Assembly: GCA_963677435.1 (NCBI GenBank)
Contig: OY781945.1
Span: 2,720,001 to 2,784,000, forward strand
Reading direction: 5' to 3'
Length of the DNA: 64,000 bases
From: an uncultured Aliarcobacter sp.
Lineage (GTDB): Bacteria > Campylobacterota > Campylobacteria > Campylobacterales > Arcobacteraceae
Shown here: one piece after another, positions 1-9,727 of the stretch
Layout: each line of letters opens with the position of its first letter
Numbering within the stretch: the stretch's first letter is position 1
Made by a program: the position numbers and the translations under genes
Notes under the pieces: model-generated
What the model saw: the letters and a program-made list of their open reading frames with translations, nothing else
Databases searched by the model: none
What the model was told of the DNA's origin: nothing

Positions 1-111
1 TATCTAACTTTAAAACTCCCTCATATGCTATATAAGCTATAAGTAACAGTGGAATTATTTTTATTAAAATAAAAATAATAATTAATTTAATTCTAATACT
101 CAAATTTCTCA

Positions 112-1509
112 TTAATCAACATCCTTGTATTTCTGTTGTATTTCTAAAATTTCATCTAAATTATCCATAAATATATCTATTAATTTTGGATCAAAATGTT
201 TTTCTTTTTCTTCTATAAGAAGTTCTAAAACTTTTTCTAAAGGCCAAGCTTTTTTATAAACTCTTTCACTACATAAAGCATCAAAAACATCAGCAATTGA
301 AGTTATTCTTCCAAAAATATGGATCTCTTGACCTTTTAAACCAAGAGGATAACCTGAACCATCCCATTTTTCATGATGAGTATATGAAACAATACCTGCA
401 GCTTGTAAAATTTCTCTTTTAGAAGTTTTTAAAATATCATAGCCAATTTGAGCATGATTTTTCATAACTTCCCATTCAGAAGAATCTAACTTGCCATTTT
501 TATTTAGAATAGAATCTGGAATACCAATTTTACCAATATCATGCATTGGAGATGCCATAAATAGCATATTCACATCTTTTTGATTGAGTCCAATTTTTAA
601 TGCAAGTAATTTTGAATATTCAGCAACTCTTCTTACATGTTGCCCGGTTTCTGAACTTCTTGATTCTCCTATCTCTCCTAATTTATAAATAATCTCTCGT
701 TGTGTATCATCAAGTTCTGCATGAAGTTCTACTATTTGTGTTATATCGTGATAAATCCCCATATATTCAATGATATTATTATCATCGCCTTTTAATGGAT
801 ACATTGTTAAATCACAATATATAATTTGCTCATCTTTTTTGAAAGTAGAGATATTTCCTTTCCAAATATTTTGAGCAAAAATATTATCTAACTTTTGAGA
901 TTCTTCATTTAGCGTTAAGTTAGATTGCTTAAAAAAAGAGAAAGGTTTACCTATTAATTCATCTTTTTTGTATCCAAAGATTTTTTCAAAAGCTTCATTT
1001 ACATAAGTTATAATTCTTTGAGTGTCTGTTTTTATTATAATTGTTTTTTCATCAACTATACTTTTATACTGTTTTAATTTATTATAAATCTCTTTATTTT
1101 CATTTTCAAGATTAATATTTTTTGCAATATTTGATAATATTTCACTCAAAGAAAAGAGATTTAATGGTTTGGTTAAATAATTAGTTATGTTTAGTTTAAT
1201 TGCGTCAAATAAATACTCTGTATCATTAAAAGCTGTAACTATGACAATAGGGATAGTTTGATTAGTTTCTTTGATTAATTTAATCATTTTTGTACCAGTC
1301 ATTATTGGCATTTGAATATCCGTGATAATCAAATCAGGTTTATATTTTTTGAAAAAATCAAAACCTTCTTGTCCATTTTTTGCTAAATAAAGTTTTTTTA
1401 CTTTATTTTTTAAAAAGAATTCTAATTCCTCTCTTGTATTATCATCATCTTCAACATACAAAAGGGATAATTTCTTTAAATGTTCAAAGAAGTCAGTATC
1501 TGCATTCAT
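112..1509 (-). CDS. Response regulator with REC, PAS and HD-GYP (c-di-GMP phosphodiesterase) domains
   Basis: N-terminal LLYVEDD...DIQMP...KP receiver; central PAS (ITYVNEAF...GY...ELIG); C-terminal HDIGKIGIPD and HHEKWDGSGYP. Confidence 0.9.
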   Translation of the reverse strand: MNADTDFFEHLKKLSLLYVEDDDNTREELEFFLKNKVKKLYLAKNGQEGFDFFKKYKPDLIITDIQMPIMTGTKMIKLIKETNQTIPIVIVTAFNDTEYLFDAIKLNITNYLTKPLNLFSLSEILSNIAKNINLENENKEIYNKLKQYKSIVDEKTIIIKTDTQRIITYVNEAFEKIFGYKKDELIGKPFSFFKQSNLTLNEESQKLDNIFAQNIWKGNISTFKKDEQIIYCDLTMYPLKGDDNNIIEYMGIYHDITQIVELHAELDDTQREIIYKLGEIGESRSSETGQHVRRVAEYSKLLALKIGLNQKDVNMLFMASPMHDIGKIGIPDSILNKNGKLDSSEWEVMKNHAQIGYDILKTSKREILQAAGIVSYTHHEKWDGSGYPLGLKGQEIHIFGRITSIADVFDALCSERVYKKAWPLEKVLELLIEEKEKHFDPKLIDIFMDNLDEILEIQQKYKDVD

Positions 1510-2594
1510 CTATTTTCTTCAGAAATTGGTATTTTAATAATAAACTTAGCTCCTTCACTTGCATTCTCAAATTCTAATTTTCCTTGCATATTTTCTTCAA
1601 TAATAATTTTTGAAATAAAAAGCCCTAAGCCAGATGCTTTCCTATATGATTTAGTTGTAAAATATGGTTCAAATATATCATTATATATATTTTGAGAAAC
1701 TCCTCCTGCATTATCAACAATCGTAACAGAAGCAAAATCATTATCTTTTTTAATACTTATAAATACTTTTTTAATAAGAATGTCTTTTTCAATTAAAGCA
1801 TCTTTGGCATTTTGAAGAATATTAAATATCACTTGTGAAAACTCCGTAGGGAAGCCAAATAAAACAATTGATTTACTAAAGTTATAATCAATTTTAATAT
1901 TGTTATTCATAAATGTTTCTTCAAGCATTTCTAAAGATTTCATAACAATTTCATCTAAATGAAACTCTTTTTTTTCTTCATTTGGTTTTATAAAATTTTT
2001 TAATTCTTCATTTTTCATCTGCATTTCACTAATTACTCTGTGAAGTTGTTCCATTGATTTATTTACTAACTCATTTTTAAAATCAATTTGTTTATGAATT
2101 GTATTAATATTTTGCAAAATAAAATTTAAACTAGAAATTGATTCTTCACATTCATTAAGCATATTAATTGATATTTTACCAATTCCAGCTAATCTTGATT
2201 GATGAATTAACAATTGTTCCTTTTTTTCTCTACTAATTGTCTCTAAAGTCAATTTTTCTTGTAATATTTCTGCTAATTCTTTTTGTTCTTTTGCTTTTTC
2301 TTGCAAAGCAGTATTTACTAATTCTAATTCAAAAGATTTTTGATGAGTTTGATTTTTCATATCACTATTGAATCTTTCAAACTCTTCTTTAGAATTCTTT
2401 AGATTTAAAACTATTGGTAAAATAATAATCTTTGAAACCAAATAAGAAATTACGATATTAGTTAGAGTCAAAATAACTGCTAAATAAAAAAACTCTTTTT
2501 CAAAAAAGATACTTGTAAATTGTGAATATGATAATAAAGCCACAAATAAAATTAAAAAATTTATGAGAAATACTCTTCTAAATACTCTTGACAT
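1506..2594 (-). CDS. Membrane sensor histidine-kinase-like protein; HATPase domain intact, H-box histidine apparently missing
   Basis: 2 TM helices; N box (NILQNAKDA), DNAGG, IFEPYFTTK, GLGL; the H-box region reads QSRLAGIGKISINMLNEC with no His. Confidence 0.8.
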   Translation of the reverse strand: MSRVFRRVFLINFLILFVALLSYSQFTSIFFEKEFFYLAVILTLTNIVISYLVSKIIILPIVLNLKNSKEEFERFNSDMKNQTHQKSFELELVNTALQEKAKEQKELAEILQEKLTLETISREKKEQLLIHQSRLAGIGKISINMLNECEESISSLNFILQNINTIHKQIDFKNELVNKSMEQLHRVISEMQMKNEELKNFIKPNEEKKEFHLDEIVMKSLEMLEETFMNNNIKIDYNFSKSIVLFGFPTEFSQVIFNILQNAKDALIEKDILIKKVFISIKKDNDFASVTIVDNAGGVSQNIYNDIFEPYFTTKSYRKASGLGLFISKIIIEENMQGKLEFENASEGAKFIIKIPISEENR

Positions 2595-2732
2595 TATGAA
2601 ATACTCCTTTTTAAATTTTTGTTTAAATTAAATAATATGTAAAAAAAAATCTTCATTGTATTCCTATATTGTAATAATTATTTTTCAATTATAACTTAAA
2701 TTAATAAAAAATAATATTTGATTTTAAATGTT

Positions 2733-2770
2733 AAAAAAGAGGGCAAAAAACTAAAAAAGTCTTTTACCCT
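2733..2770 (-). terminator. Intrinsic terminator after ftsH
   Basis: Minus-strand AGGGTAAAAGACT/AGTTTTTTGCCCT stem with G-U pairs, followed by CTTTTTT. Confidence 0.65.
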
Positions 2771-2787
2771 AAAAGTAGATTGAAAAT

Positions 2788-4830
2788 TTATTTATTTTCT
2801 GTAGTATCTTCACTATTAGTCGAATTTTCTTCGATTATATTTTCTTCAGCTATTTCAGGAATTGCATCTGAATGCAAATCACCGTCAACAAAAACTTCTC
2901 CACCATTTAATGTAATAATTTCTCTAACTCTCTCACCTGAGATTACTTCAATTTCTAATAACTCAGCAGTCATTTGTTCAATTGAAACACTATTTTCTCT
3001 TAGTTTTTGTAAGACAATTTCATATCTTTCATTTAAAAGATTTTTAGTGTGATCATCTAAATCTTTAGCCATTGCATCAGAGAAATCTTTTTGAGTTTGT
3101 CCACCTAAGAATTGATTAGATCTTTTTTCAAGAACCATCAATCCAGCAATATCACTCATACCATAAACAGTAGCCATTGATTTAATAATACCAGTTGCTC
3201 TTTCAAGGTCATTTCCTGCACCAGTTGAAATTTCACCAATAAATACCTCTTCAGCAGCTCGTCCACCAAGTAATACATCAACTTCAGCAATAAGCTCATG
3301 TTTTTGCATTAAATATTTATTCTCTTCTGGAGTATTAAGTGTATATCCTAACGCTGCAAGTCCTCTTGGAACAATTGAAACTTTATTTACTTTATTTGCC
3401 CCTTTTGTAATTTCAGCAATTAAAGCATGTCCAGATTCATGGTAAGCCACAATTTTTCTCTCTTTTGGAGAAATTCTTTTTGATTTTTTTTCTAAACCAG
3501 CAATTTGTCTCTCAACCGCTTCTTTAAAATCACTTGGATCTACTTGGTCTTTTGAAGCCCTACCAGCAAGTAATGCAGCCTCATTAATAATATTTGCCAA
3601 ATCTGCCCCAGCAAGTCCTGCAGTCATTTTTGCTATCTCTTTTAAATCTACATTTTTACCAAGTTTAACATCTTTAATATGAACATTTAAAATTTCAATT
3701 CTACCTTCATAATCAGGTTTGTCAACTAAAACTTGTCTATCAAATCTTCCTGGTCTTAAAAGTGCTGGATCTAAAACTTCTGGTCTATTTGTTGCTGCTA
3801 ATACAATAACAGGTGCATGTTCAGTTGAGAATCCATCCATTTCAGCTAATAATTGATTTAATGTTTGTTCTCTCTCATCATTTCCACCCATTGGACCACC
3901 TGATGCTCTACTTTTACCAATTGCATCTATTTCATCAATAAAGATAATTGCAGGTGCAACTTTTTTAGCTTGTTCAAATAAATCTCTAACTCTTGATGCT
4001 CCAACCCCTACAAACATTTCAATAAATGCTGAACCTGAAACTGATAAAAATTCAACATTTGCTTCACCAGCAACTGCTTTTGCTAAAAGTGTTTTTCCTG
4101 TACCTGGAGGTCCTACTAATAAAACACCTTTTGGAATTTGTGCTCCAAGTCTTACATATCTATCTGGTGATTTCAAGAAATCAACAATTTCTTGAACTTC
4201 TTCTTTAGCTTCTTTATTTCCAGCCATATCATCAAAAGTTACATTTGGTTTTTCAGAATTTATCATCTTTTTAGATGATCCAATTCCAAGAATTCCACCT
4301 GAACCTCCACCCATAGATTTTTGCATTCTTTTTGCAATAAACATCCAAATAGCGAAGAAAATAAAAATAGGTAAAACCCATCCAAATAAAATATCTGAAA
4401 GAATATTTTCTTCATTTATTCCACCATAAGAGATATTATTTTTCTCTAATTCTGGAATTAAAGTATTATCAGGAACTACCCTTCTTGCAGTGTATGTAGT
4501 AACTGTTCCTGTTCCTGATTTTGAAATAGCTTTAATTTGCGTATTTCCAATACCTATATAATCAATTTTTCCAGAACTAATTAAAGCTTTTAAATCCGAA
4601 TATGCAATTGTTTTATTAGATGTTTGTCCAAATGCTTGAATATTTGAATTAGTTGCATCTGCTCCCATTTGATTTTCTGGGAAGATAGCTTTAAAAACAA
4701 ATATTGTAACTATAGAAAAAATTACAAAAATTAATAATGGATTATTATTAAAAAAGTTATTACCGTTCCCATTATTATTGCCATTATTGTTATTATTATT
4801 TGAATTATTATTTTGTTGTTTTTTTGCCAT
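2788..4830 (-). CDS. ftsH: ATP-dependent zinc metalloprotease FtsH
   Basis: 2 TM helices, GPPGTGKT Walker A, IIFIDEID Walker B, SRH motif (ALLRPGRFDR), HESGH zinc motif. Confidence 0.97.
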   Translation of the reverse strand: MAKKQQNNNSNNNNNNGNNNGNGNNFFNNNPLLIFVIFSIVTIFVFKAIFPENQMGADATNSNIQAFGQTSNKTIAYSDLKALISSGKIDYIGIGNTQIKAISKSGTGTVTTYTARRVVPDNTLIPELEKNNISYGGINEENILSDILFGWVLPIFIFFAIWMFIAKRMQKSMGGGSGGILGIGSSKKMINSEKPNVTFDDMAGNKEAKEEVQEIVDFLKSPDRYVRLGAQIPKGVLLVGPPGTGKTLLAKAVAGEANVEFLSVSGSAFIEMFVGVGASRVRDLFEQAKKVAPAIIFIDEIDAIGKSRASGGPMGGNDEREQTLNQLLAEMDGFSTEHAPVIVLAATNRPEVLDPALLRPGRFDRQVLVDKPDYEGRIEILNVHIKDVKLGKNVDLKEIAKMTAGLAGADLANIINEAALLAGRASKDQVDPSDFKEAVERQIAGLEKKSKRISPKERKIVAYHESGHALIAEITKGANKVNKVSIVPRGLAALGYTLNTPEENKYLMQKHELIAEVDVLLGGRAAEEVFIGEISTGAGNDLERATGIIKSMATVYGMSDIAGLMVLEKRSNQFLGGQTQKDFSDAMAKDLDDHTKNLLNERYEIVLQKLRENSVSIEQMTAELLEIEVISGERVREIITLNGGEVFVDGDLHSDAIPEIAEENIIEENSTNSEDTTENK

Positions 4831-4832
4831 AA

Positions 4833-5651
4833 CTAAAACTCCTTATTTTTTTTAAATACAACACTCATCCACTCATTTTTATGAATAAGTTTGATTTGTT
4901 CTAAATCATTAAATTTACTTAATACTCTGTTAATGTGTTTATCCAAAATACCTGAAATTATCAATATACCATCTTCATTTAAACATTTCTTTAAATCTGA
5001 AGCTATCATTACTAACACATCTGCAACGATATTAGCAATTACTACATCATATTTTTTAGTTGTTTTATTTGTAGAACCTACCCATGAATCATTAAATGTT
5101 ACGTCATTTAATTCAAAATTAGCTTTTGTATCAATTACACAAACTTCATCTGTATCACAAATATCAACTATACAATCTTTTTTTGCAGCTGCAATTGCAA
5201 GAATTCCACTTCCTGTTCCAACATCTAAAACTGTTTGATTAGAAGTTACAAACTCATCAATAGCTTCAATACAAGATGATGTAGTTTCATGATGACCTGA
5301 ACCAAAAGATAATGCTGGATTAATTATAATATTAATTTTTTCATCTTTTTTTTCTACCCAAGATGGTCTTATAAAAAAGTTACCTACTTCAACTGCTTTC
5401 ACAGATTGCTGATACTCTTTTATCCAATCGATATTCTCTTTTTTTTCATAAGTGATTTCACATTTTTCATTTAGTGCTTTTGCAAACTCTTCAATACCAA
5501 ATATTAAATCAGTTAGTTCTTCTTCACTTCTAATTATTAAAGTTCCATCTAGTTCTTCAATAGCATCAGTTGTAATAGCGTTTAATAAGTCTACAAAAAG
5601 TTCAAAATTACTTTCTGGTTTTAGAGTTAATTCAAAATAGTATTTAGTCAA
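4833..5651 (-). CDS. prmA: Ribosomal protein L11 methyltransferase
   Basis: PALSFGSGHHETT, VLDVGTGSGILAI, VIANIVA, ISGIL. Confidence 0.95.
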   Translation of the reverse strand: MTKYYFELTLKPESNFELFVDLLNAITTDAIEELDGTLIIRSEEELTDLIFGIEEFAKALNEKCEITYEKKENIDWIKEYQQSVKAVEVGNFFIRPSWVEKKDEKINIIINPALSFGSGHHETTSSCIEAIDEFVTSNQTVLDVGTGSGILAIAAAKKDCIVDICDTDEVCVIDTKANFELNDVTFNDSWVGSTNKTTKKYDVVIANIVADVLVMIASDLKKCLNEDGILIISGILDKHINRVLSKFNDLEQIKLIHKNEWMSVVFKKNKEF

Positions 5652-5744
5652 ATATTTCCTTTATTAAAACTATATATAATTTTCTTTATTTTTTATAAAG
5701 TGCAATATTCTATCTAAATAACTTTTGAATCATATTAAAAAAGT

Positions 5745-6677
5745 TTAAAAAAAGTTTTCTATCATGTCTCGCATAACACTAATATCAGAGATTTTATTAA
5801 TAATATCTCTAAATTCATTTGCGCCTGTATACCCTTTTGAGTAAGAGTGTAGTAATTTTCTAAACATAATAGCACCATGTGGTCCATGAAATTCTAACAT
5901 TGCATCAAAATGTTCTAAAATAATCTCTTTTTTCATCTCATTTGAGATATCTTCAATTCCATGTTTTAATTGATAAAATACCCAAGGTTTCCCAATAGCA
6001 CCACGACCTATCATTACACCATCAGCTTTTGTATATTCTAAAACTTCTTTAGCTTTATCGTAATCTTTAATATCACCATTAGCAATAACAGGAATAGAAA
6101 TAGCCTCTTTCATGGCTTTAATCGCATCATAATCAACAGGTGCTTTATATTTCCCAGCTCGTGTTCTTCCATGAACAGAAACAAAGTCAACTCCACAAGC
6201 TTCAACTGCTTTCCCAATTTCTACTGGAATTTTTTCATTAACACCAAGTCTTACTTTAGCACTTGTATATTGTTTATTTGAATATTTTTTTACAGTTGAG
6301 AGCATCTCTTCAAGTTTTTTTAAATCTCCTAAAAGATTTGAACCAGAACCATGATTAAAAACTTTTGGTGCAGGGCATCCACAGTTTAAATCAATTCCAT
6401 CAATTCCATCAATTTCATTTAAAATTAAAACAGCATCTCTAATTAATTCCATTTTATTTCCAGCAATTTGGACAAAATATGGATCTTCAGTTGGAGATTT
6501 TTCAATCATTTTTAAAGTTCGTTCAGATTTATAAACTAAAGCATTTGATGAAATCATCTCTGAAATAGTTAAATCAGCTCCAAATTTTTTAACAACAGAA
6601 CGAAAGGGTAAGTCAGTATATCCAGCAAGTGGTGCCAACACCACAAGGGGTCGGCTAAAATCAAGTTTTTTATTCAT
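5745..6677 (-). CDS. dusB: tRNA-dihydrouridine synthase (DusB-like)
   Basis: LAPLAGYTDLPFR, DLNCGCP, VHGRTR, IANGDI, VMIGRG. Confidence 0.9.
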   Translation of the reverse strand: MNKKLDFSRPLVVLAPLAGYTDLPFRSVVKKFGADLTISEMISSNALVYKSERTLKMIEKSPTEDPYFVQIAGNKMELIRDAVLILNEIDGIDGIDLNCGCPAPKVFNHGSGSNLLGDLKKLEEMLSTVKKYSNKQYTSAKVRLGVNEKIPVEIGKAVEACGVDFVSVHGRTRAGKYKAPVDYDAIKAMKEAISIPVIANGDIKDYDKAKEVLEYTKADGVMIGRGAIGKPWVFYQLKHGIEDISNEMKKEIILEHFDAMLEFHGPHGAIMFRKLLHSYSKGYTGANEFRDIINKISDISVMRDMIENFF

Positions 6678-7690
6678 TATTTATAAGATATCGCTTCTAA
6701 GTTATAATATTTTCCTGCTTCTTTTAAATCTAGTAAAGCTTTAAATGCAGTGTATTCGTCATTTTTTGAATTTACTAAAAGATCTCTAGCTTTATCAATC
6801 ATTTCATATTCAAATAAAACATGTAAATAAGCTGGAACTGCATCTTCTACTTCTGATGATAATTTTTCAAATAATTCAATAATTTGATCAGGTTTTAAAA
6901 TTGTTTCGTATCTTTTTGCTAACATTAAATAATCATTTTTATCATAATCTAAATCTTTAACAATTTTTAATATCTCTTCAGATGTAAATCCAAATTCATT
7001 ATTTTCAACATCTTTTTCAAAAAGTTTTTTAGACATTTCTTTATCTAATTTAATATTTTTATAAAGTTTTTTTACAGTTGTCATACTTTTTTCAGCTAAT
7101 ACATTTTCAAAAGATTGTGTTATAACATTAGCAGAAAAATTTTCTGGTTTTTTAAGAACATCAACTGCAAAATCAATTTGTTCATTAACTTTATTCAACA
7201 TATTTAAATTAGCTAATTTACTTGTTTCACTTAATTTAATTACTTTGTCACTTACAAATTTTCCATCTTTTATATCTTGAATACCTGCAACAATCTTATT
7301 TAATTCCTCATCAACACTAGAAAATCTATTAGCTTGTACATCTAATTTTAATTGTGAAATGATAGAAAACAAACTTTTAAACTCTGCTGTTTTAAATTTA
7401 TAAACATCATTTTTTTCAAGTAAATTTGATTTTATACTTTTAATTATTGTTTCGTAATCTTTTGTTATAGCTCTTTGTTTAAAATATTTAAGCATTCCAT
7501 ACCATAAAATATGTACATAAGTTGCCAATGCAAGTAAAGCTATTGGAACTATTAACCATGCTGCAATTGGTAATGTATATGAAAAATCAAATATTGACAC
7601 GGTATATTCACCTAAATCTAAACTATACACATAACCAAATATGGCAACAATTAAAATTATTGAGAAAATAAAATATTTCTTAAAACCCAT
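6677..7690 (-). CDS. Hypothetical membrane protein (two N-terminal TM helices, helical soluble domain)
   Basis: 337-aa ORF with AAAGGA RBS, stop overlapping the dusB start; no catalytic motif recognised. Confidence 0.75.
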   Translation of the reverse strand: MGFKKYFIFSIILIVAIFGYVYSLDLGEYTVSIFDFSYTLPIAAWLIVPIALLALATYVHILWYGMLKYFKQRAITKDYETIIKSIKSNLLEKNDVYKFKTAEFKSLFSIISQLKLDVQANRFSSVDEELNKIVAGIQDIKDGKFVSDKVIKLSETSKLANLNMLNKVNEQIDFAVDVLKKPENFSANVITQSFENVLAEKSMTTVKKLYKNIKLDKEMSKKLFEKDVENNEFGFTSEEILKIVKDLDYDKNDYLMLAKRYETILKPDQIIELFEKLSSEVEDAVPAYLHVLFEYEMIDKARDLLVNSKNDEYTAFKALLDLKEAGKYYNLEAISYK

Positions 7691-7754
7691 TTTCTATCCT
7701 TTTTTATTATACGAACTCTTTATTATTTTTCCATTATACAAAAATGTTTATAAA

Positions 7755-8213
7755 TTACTTATGATATGGATGATTATTTTGAATACTTAGTGCTCTAAAT
7801 ATCTGTTCAATTAAAACTACATTGGCAACTTTATGTGCCATTGTTAAATCACTCAAAGAGATTGTAGTATCACATTTACTTAAAAATTCTCTTTGAAATC
7901 CATAGGCCCCACCAATAAAAAAATTCACTTCATTTTTATCTTCAATTAGTTCTGAGAAAGCATAAGTATCAACTTTTTTTCCCAATACATCTAATGCAAT
8001 ATTATACCCTTTTAACAAAGGTTCATAAGTTTCACTATATGCTTGTTGAGCCTCTTTTTCTCCAATAGTTTGAGCTTTTGCTATATTTTTATTAAAAATA
8101 TAAAAGACTTCAACTTTAGCATATTTTGAAGACATTTTTATAAACTCTTTAATTAAAGTATCAAACTCATCTTTTGAGGGTTTAATAATTGAATAAATAT
8201 TAATTTTAGCCAC
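7755..8213 (-). CDS. rlmH: 23S rRNA pseudouridine-1915 N3-methyltransferase
   Basis: FFIGGAYG, SLSDLTMAH, EQIFRA...HPYHK. Confidence 0.95.
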   Translation of the reverse strand: MAKINIYSIIKPSKDEFDTLIKEFIKMSSKYAKVEVFYIFNKNIAKAQTIGEKEAQQAYSETYEPLLKGYNIALDVLGKKVDTYAFSELIEDKNEVNFFIGGAYGFQREFLSKCDTTISLSDLTMAHKVANVVLIEQIFRALSIQNNHPYHK

Positions 8214-8224
8214 GAGTATTCCTT

Positions 8225-8839
8225 TTAATTATCATAAAAACCACTTCCAACTACATTAAATCTGATATTTTCTATAATATCTTCCTTCTTTACTCCACCA
8301 ATAGCACAAACTGGGTGTTTTGATATCTTTGCCAAATATGATATTTTAGAACCTAAAATTGTAGATACATCTTTTGTACTTGTATTTTTATAAGCACCAA
8401 GTCCTATCATATCAATTGCTAATTCATTAGCCTCTAAAATTTCTATTTCATTGTGAGTTGAAAGTCCAAGCAATTTGTCTTTTATTTTTAATCTAATTAA
8501 TTTTACTGCTAATTTTTTATCTTTATGAATCTTGAAAAAATCTTCTTGTCCTAGGTGTAGGCCATCTGCATACTCAATTAGTTCTATTTTATCATTTATA
8601 ATTATTGGAATATTAAGTTTTGATTTTAGAAATAAGAGATTGCTTTTTTGCTCAATTAAAGATGAGATTTTATCTCTATATTGAACTATTTTTACATCAT
8701 TTTTTTTGCATAAATCTACAAATTTTTCTAGCGAAATATTTTTTTTGAGTAATGTTTCATAATCACATAAAACATATAAGTAATTAAAAGCTTCGAGTTT
8801 AAAACCCAAAGCTTTTTCAAAATTTGATGATGTCATCAA
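8225..8839 (-). CDS. thiE: Thiamine-phosphate synthase family protein
   Basis: VQYRDK, IIIND, ADGLHLGQED, GLSTH, TSTK, AIGG. Confidence 0.85.
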   Translation of the reverse strand: MMTSSNFEKALGFKLEAFNYLYVLCDYETLLKKNISLEKFVDLCKKNDVKIVQYRDKISSLIEQKSNLLFLKSKLNIPIIINDKIELIEYADGLHLGQEDFFKIHKDKKLAVKLIRLKIKDKLLGLSTHNEIEILEANELAIDMIGLGAYKNTSTKDVSTILGSKISYLAKISKHPVCAIGGVKKEDIIENIRFNVVGSGFYDN

Positions 8840-8842
8840 CTA

Positions 8843-9709
8843 TTAACTAATCTTTTCTTTCGAAAACATACTTAATAAATCTGTTAAAGTTTGTTTCATA
8901 GAAGCTCTATTAACAACCATATCAATAGAACCATTTTTAAGTAAAAACTCTGCTCGCTGGAAACCAGCAGGTAAATCAGCTCCAATTGTTTGTTTAATAA
9001 CTCTTTGCCCTGCAAATCCAACTAATGCACCTGGCTCTGCCATAATAATATCACCTAAAAATGCAAATGAAGCCGAAACTCCACCCATTGTAGGGTCAGT
9101 TAAAATAGAAATAAAAGGGAGTTTTGCATGATCTAATTTTTTAAGAGCTGCTGATGTTTTTGCCATTTGCATTAAAGCAAATGTAGATTCTTGCATTCTT
9201 GCCCCACCAGAAGCTGAAATAATAATCAGTCCTTGATGTTTTTCAATTGCTCTATTTACGGCTCTTACAATTTTTTCACCCTCAACAGAACCTAAACTTC
9301 CACCCATATAAGCAAAATCAAAAACAACTAATTGAACTGGTATTTCATTTATAGTACATTCACCACTTACAACAGAAGATGTTTTCCCTGTATTTTTAAG
9401 TGCTTCTTCTACTCTTTTTTTATATGAAGTTTTATCAACAAATTTTAAAGGATCATTAGGTTTTAATTCCCCATCATATTCAACAAAACTATCTTTATCA
9501 GTCAAAATTTCAATTCTTCTTTTTGCCCCAATTCTCATATGAAAATTACATTTTGGACAAATATTATTTTGAGCTTCAACCTCTTTAAAAAACATTAATG
9601 CACTACATTCCGGACACTTAATCCAGTGACTTGGTGCATCTTTTTTTGTTGGCTGTTCTTTTGATTTTGTATCAAAAGATATTTTGCTAAATAAGTTTCT
9701 TAAATCCAT
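8843..9709 (-). CDS. accD: Acetyl-CoA carboxylase carboxyltransferase beta subunit
   Basis: WIKCPEC..CPKC zinc finger, MGGSLG, SGGARMQE, PTMGGVSASFA. Confidence 0.97.
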   Translation of the reverse strand: MDLRNLFSKISFDTKSKEQPTKKDAPSHWIKCPECSALMFFKEVEAQNNICPKCNFHMRIGAKRRIEILTDKDSFVEYDGELKPNDPLKFVDKTSYKKRVEEALKNTGKTSSVVSGECTINEIPVQLVVFDFAYMGGSLGSVEGEKIVRAVNRAIEKHQGLIIISASGGARMQESTFALMQMAKTSAALKKLDHAKLPFISILTDPTMGGVSASFAFLGDIIMAEPGALVGFAGQRVIKQTIGADLPAGFQRAEFLLKNGSIDMVVNRASMKQTLTDLLSMFSKEKIS

Positions 9710-9727
9710 AATAATCCTTTAATCAAT

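Noticed and set aside
2780..5640. Plus-strand ORFs opposite ftsH and prmA, and similar short antisense ORFs across the window
   Set aside because: Mostly contained within well-supported opposite-strand genes, with no recognisable protein features
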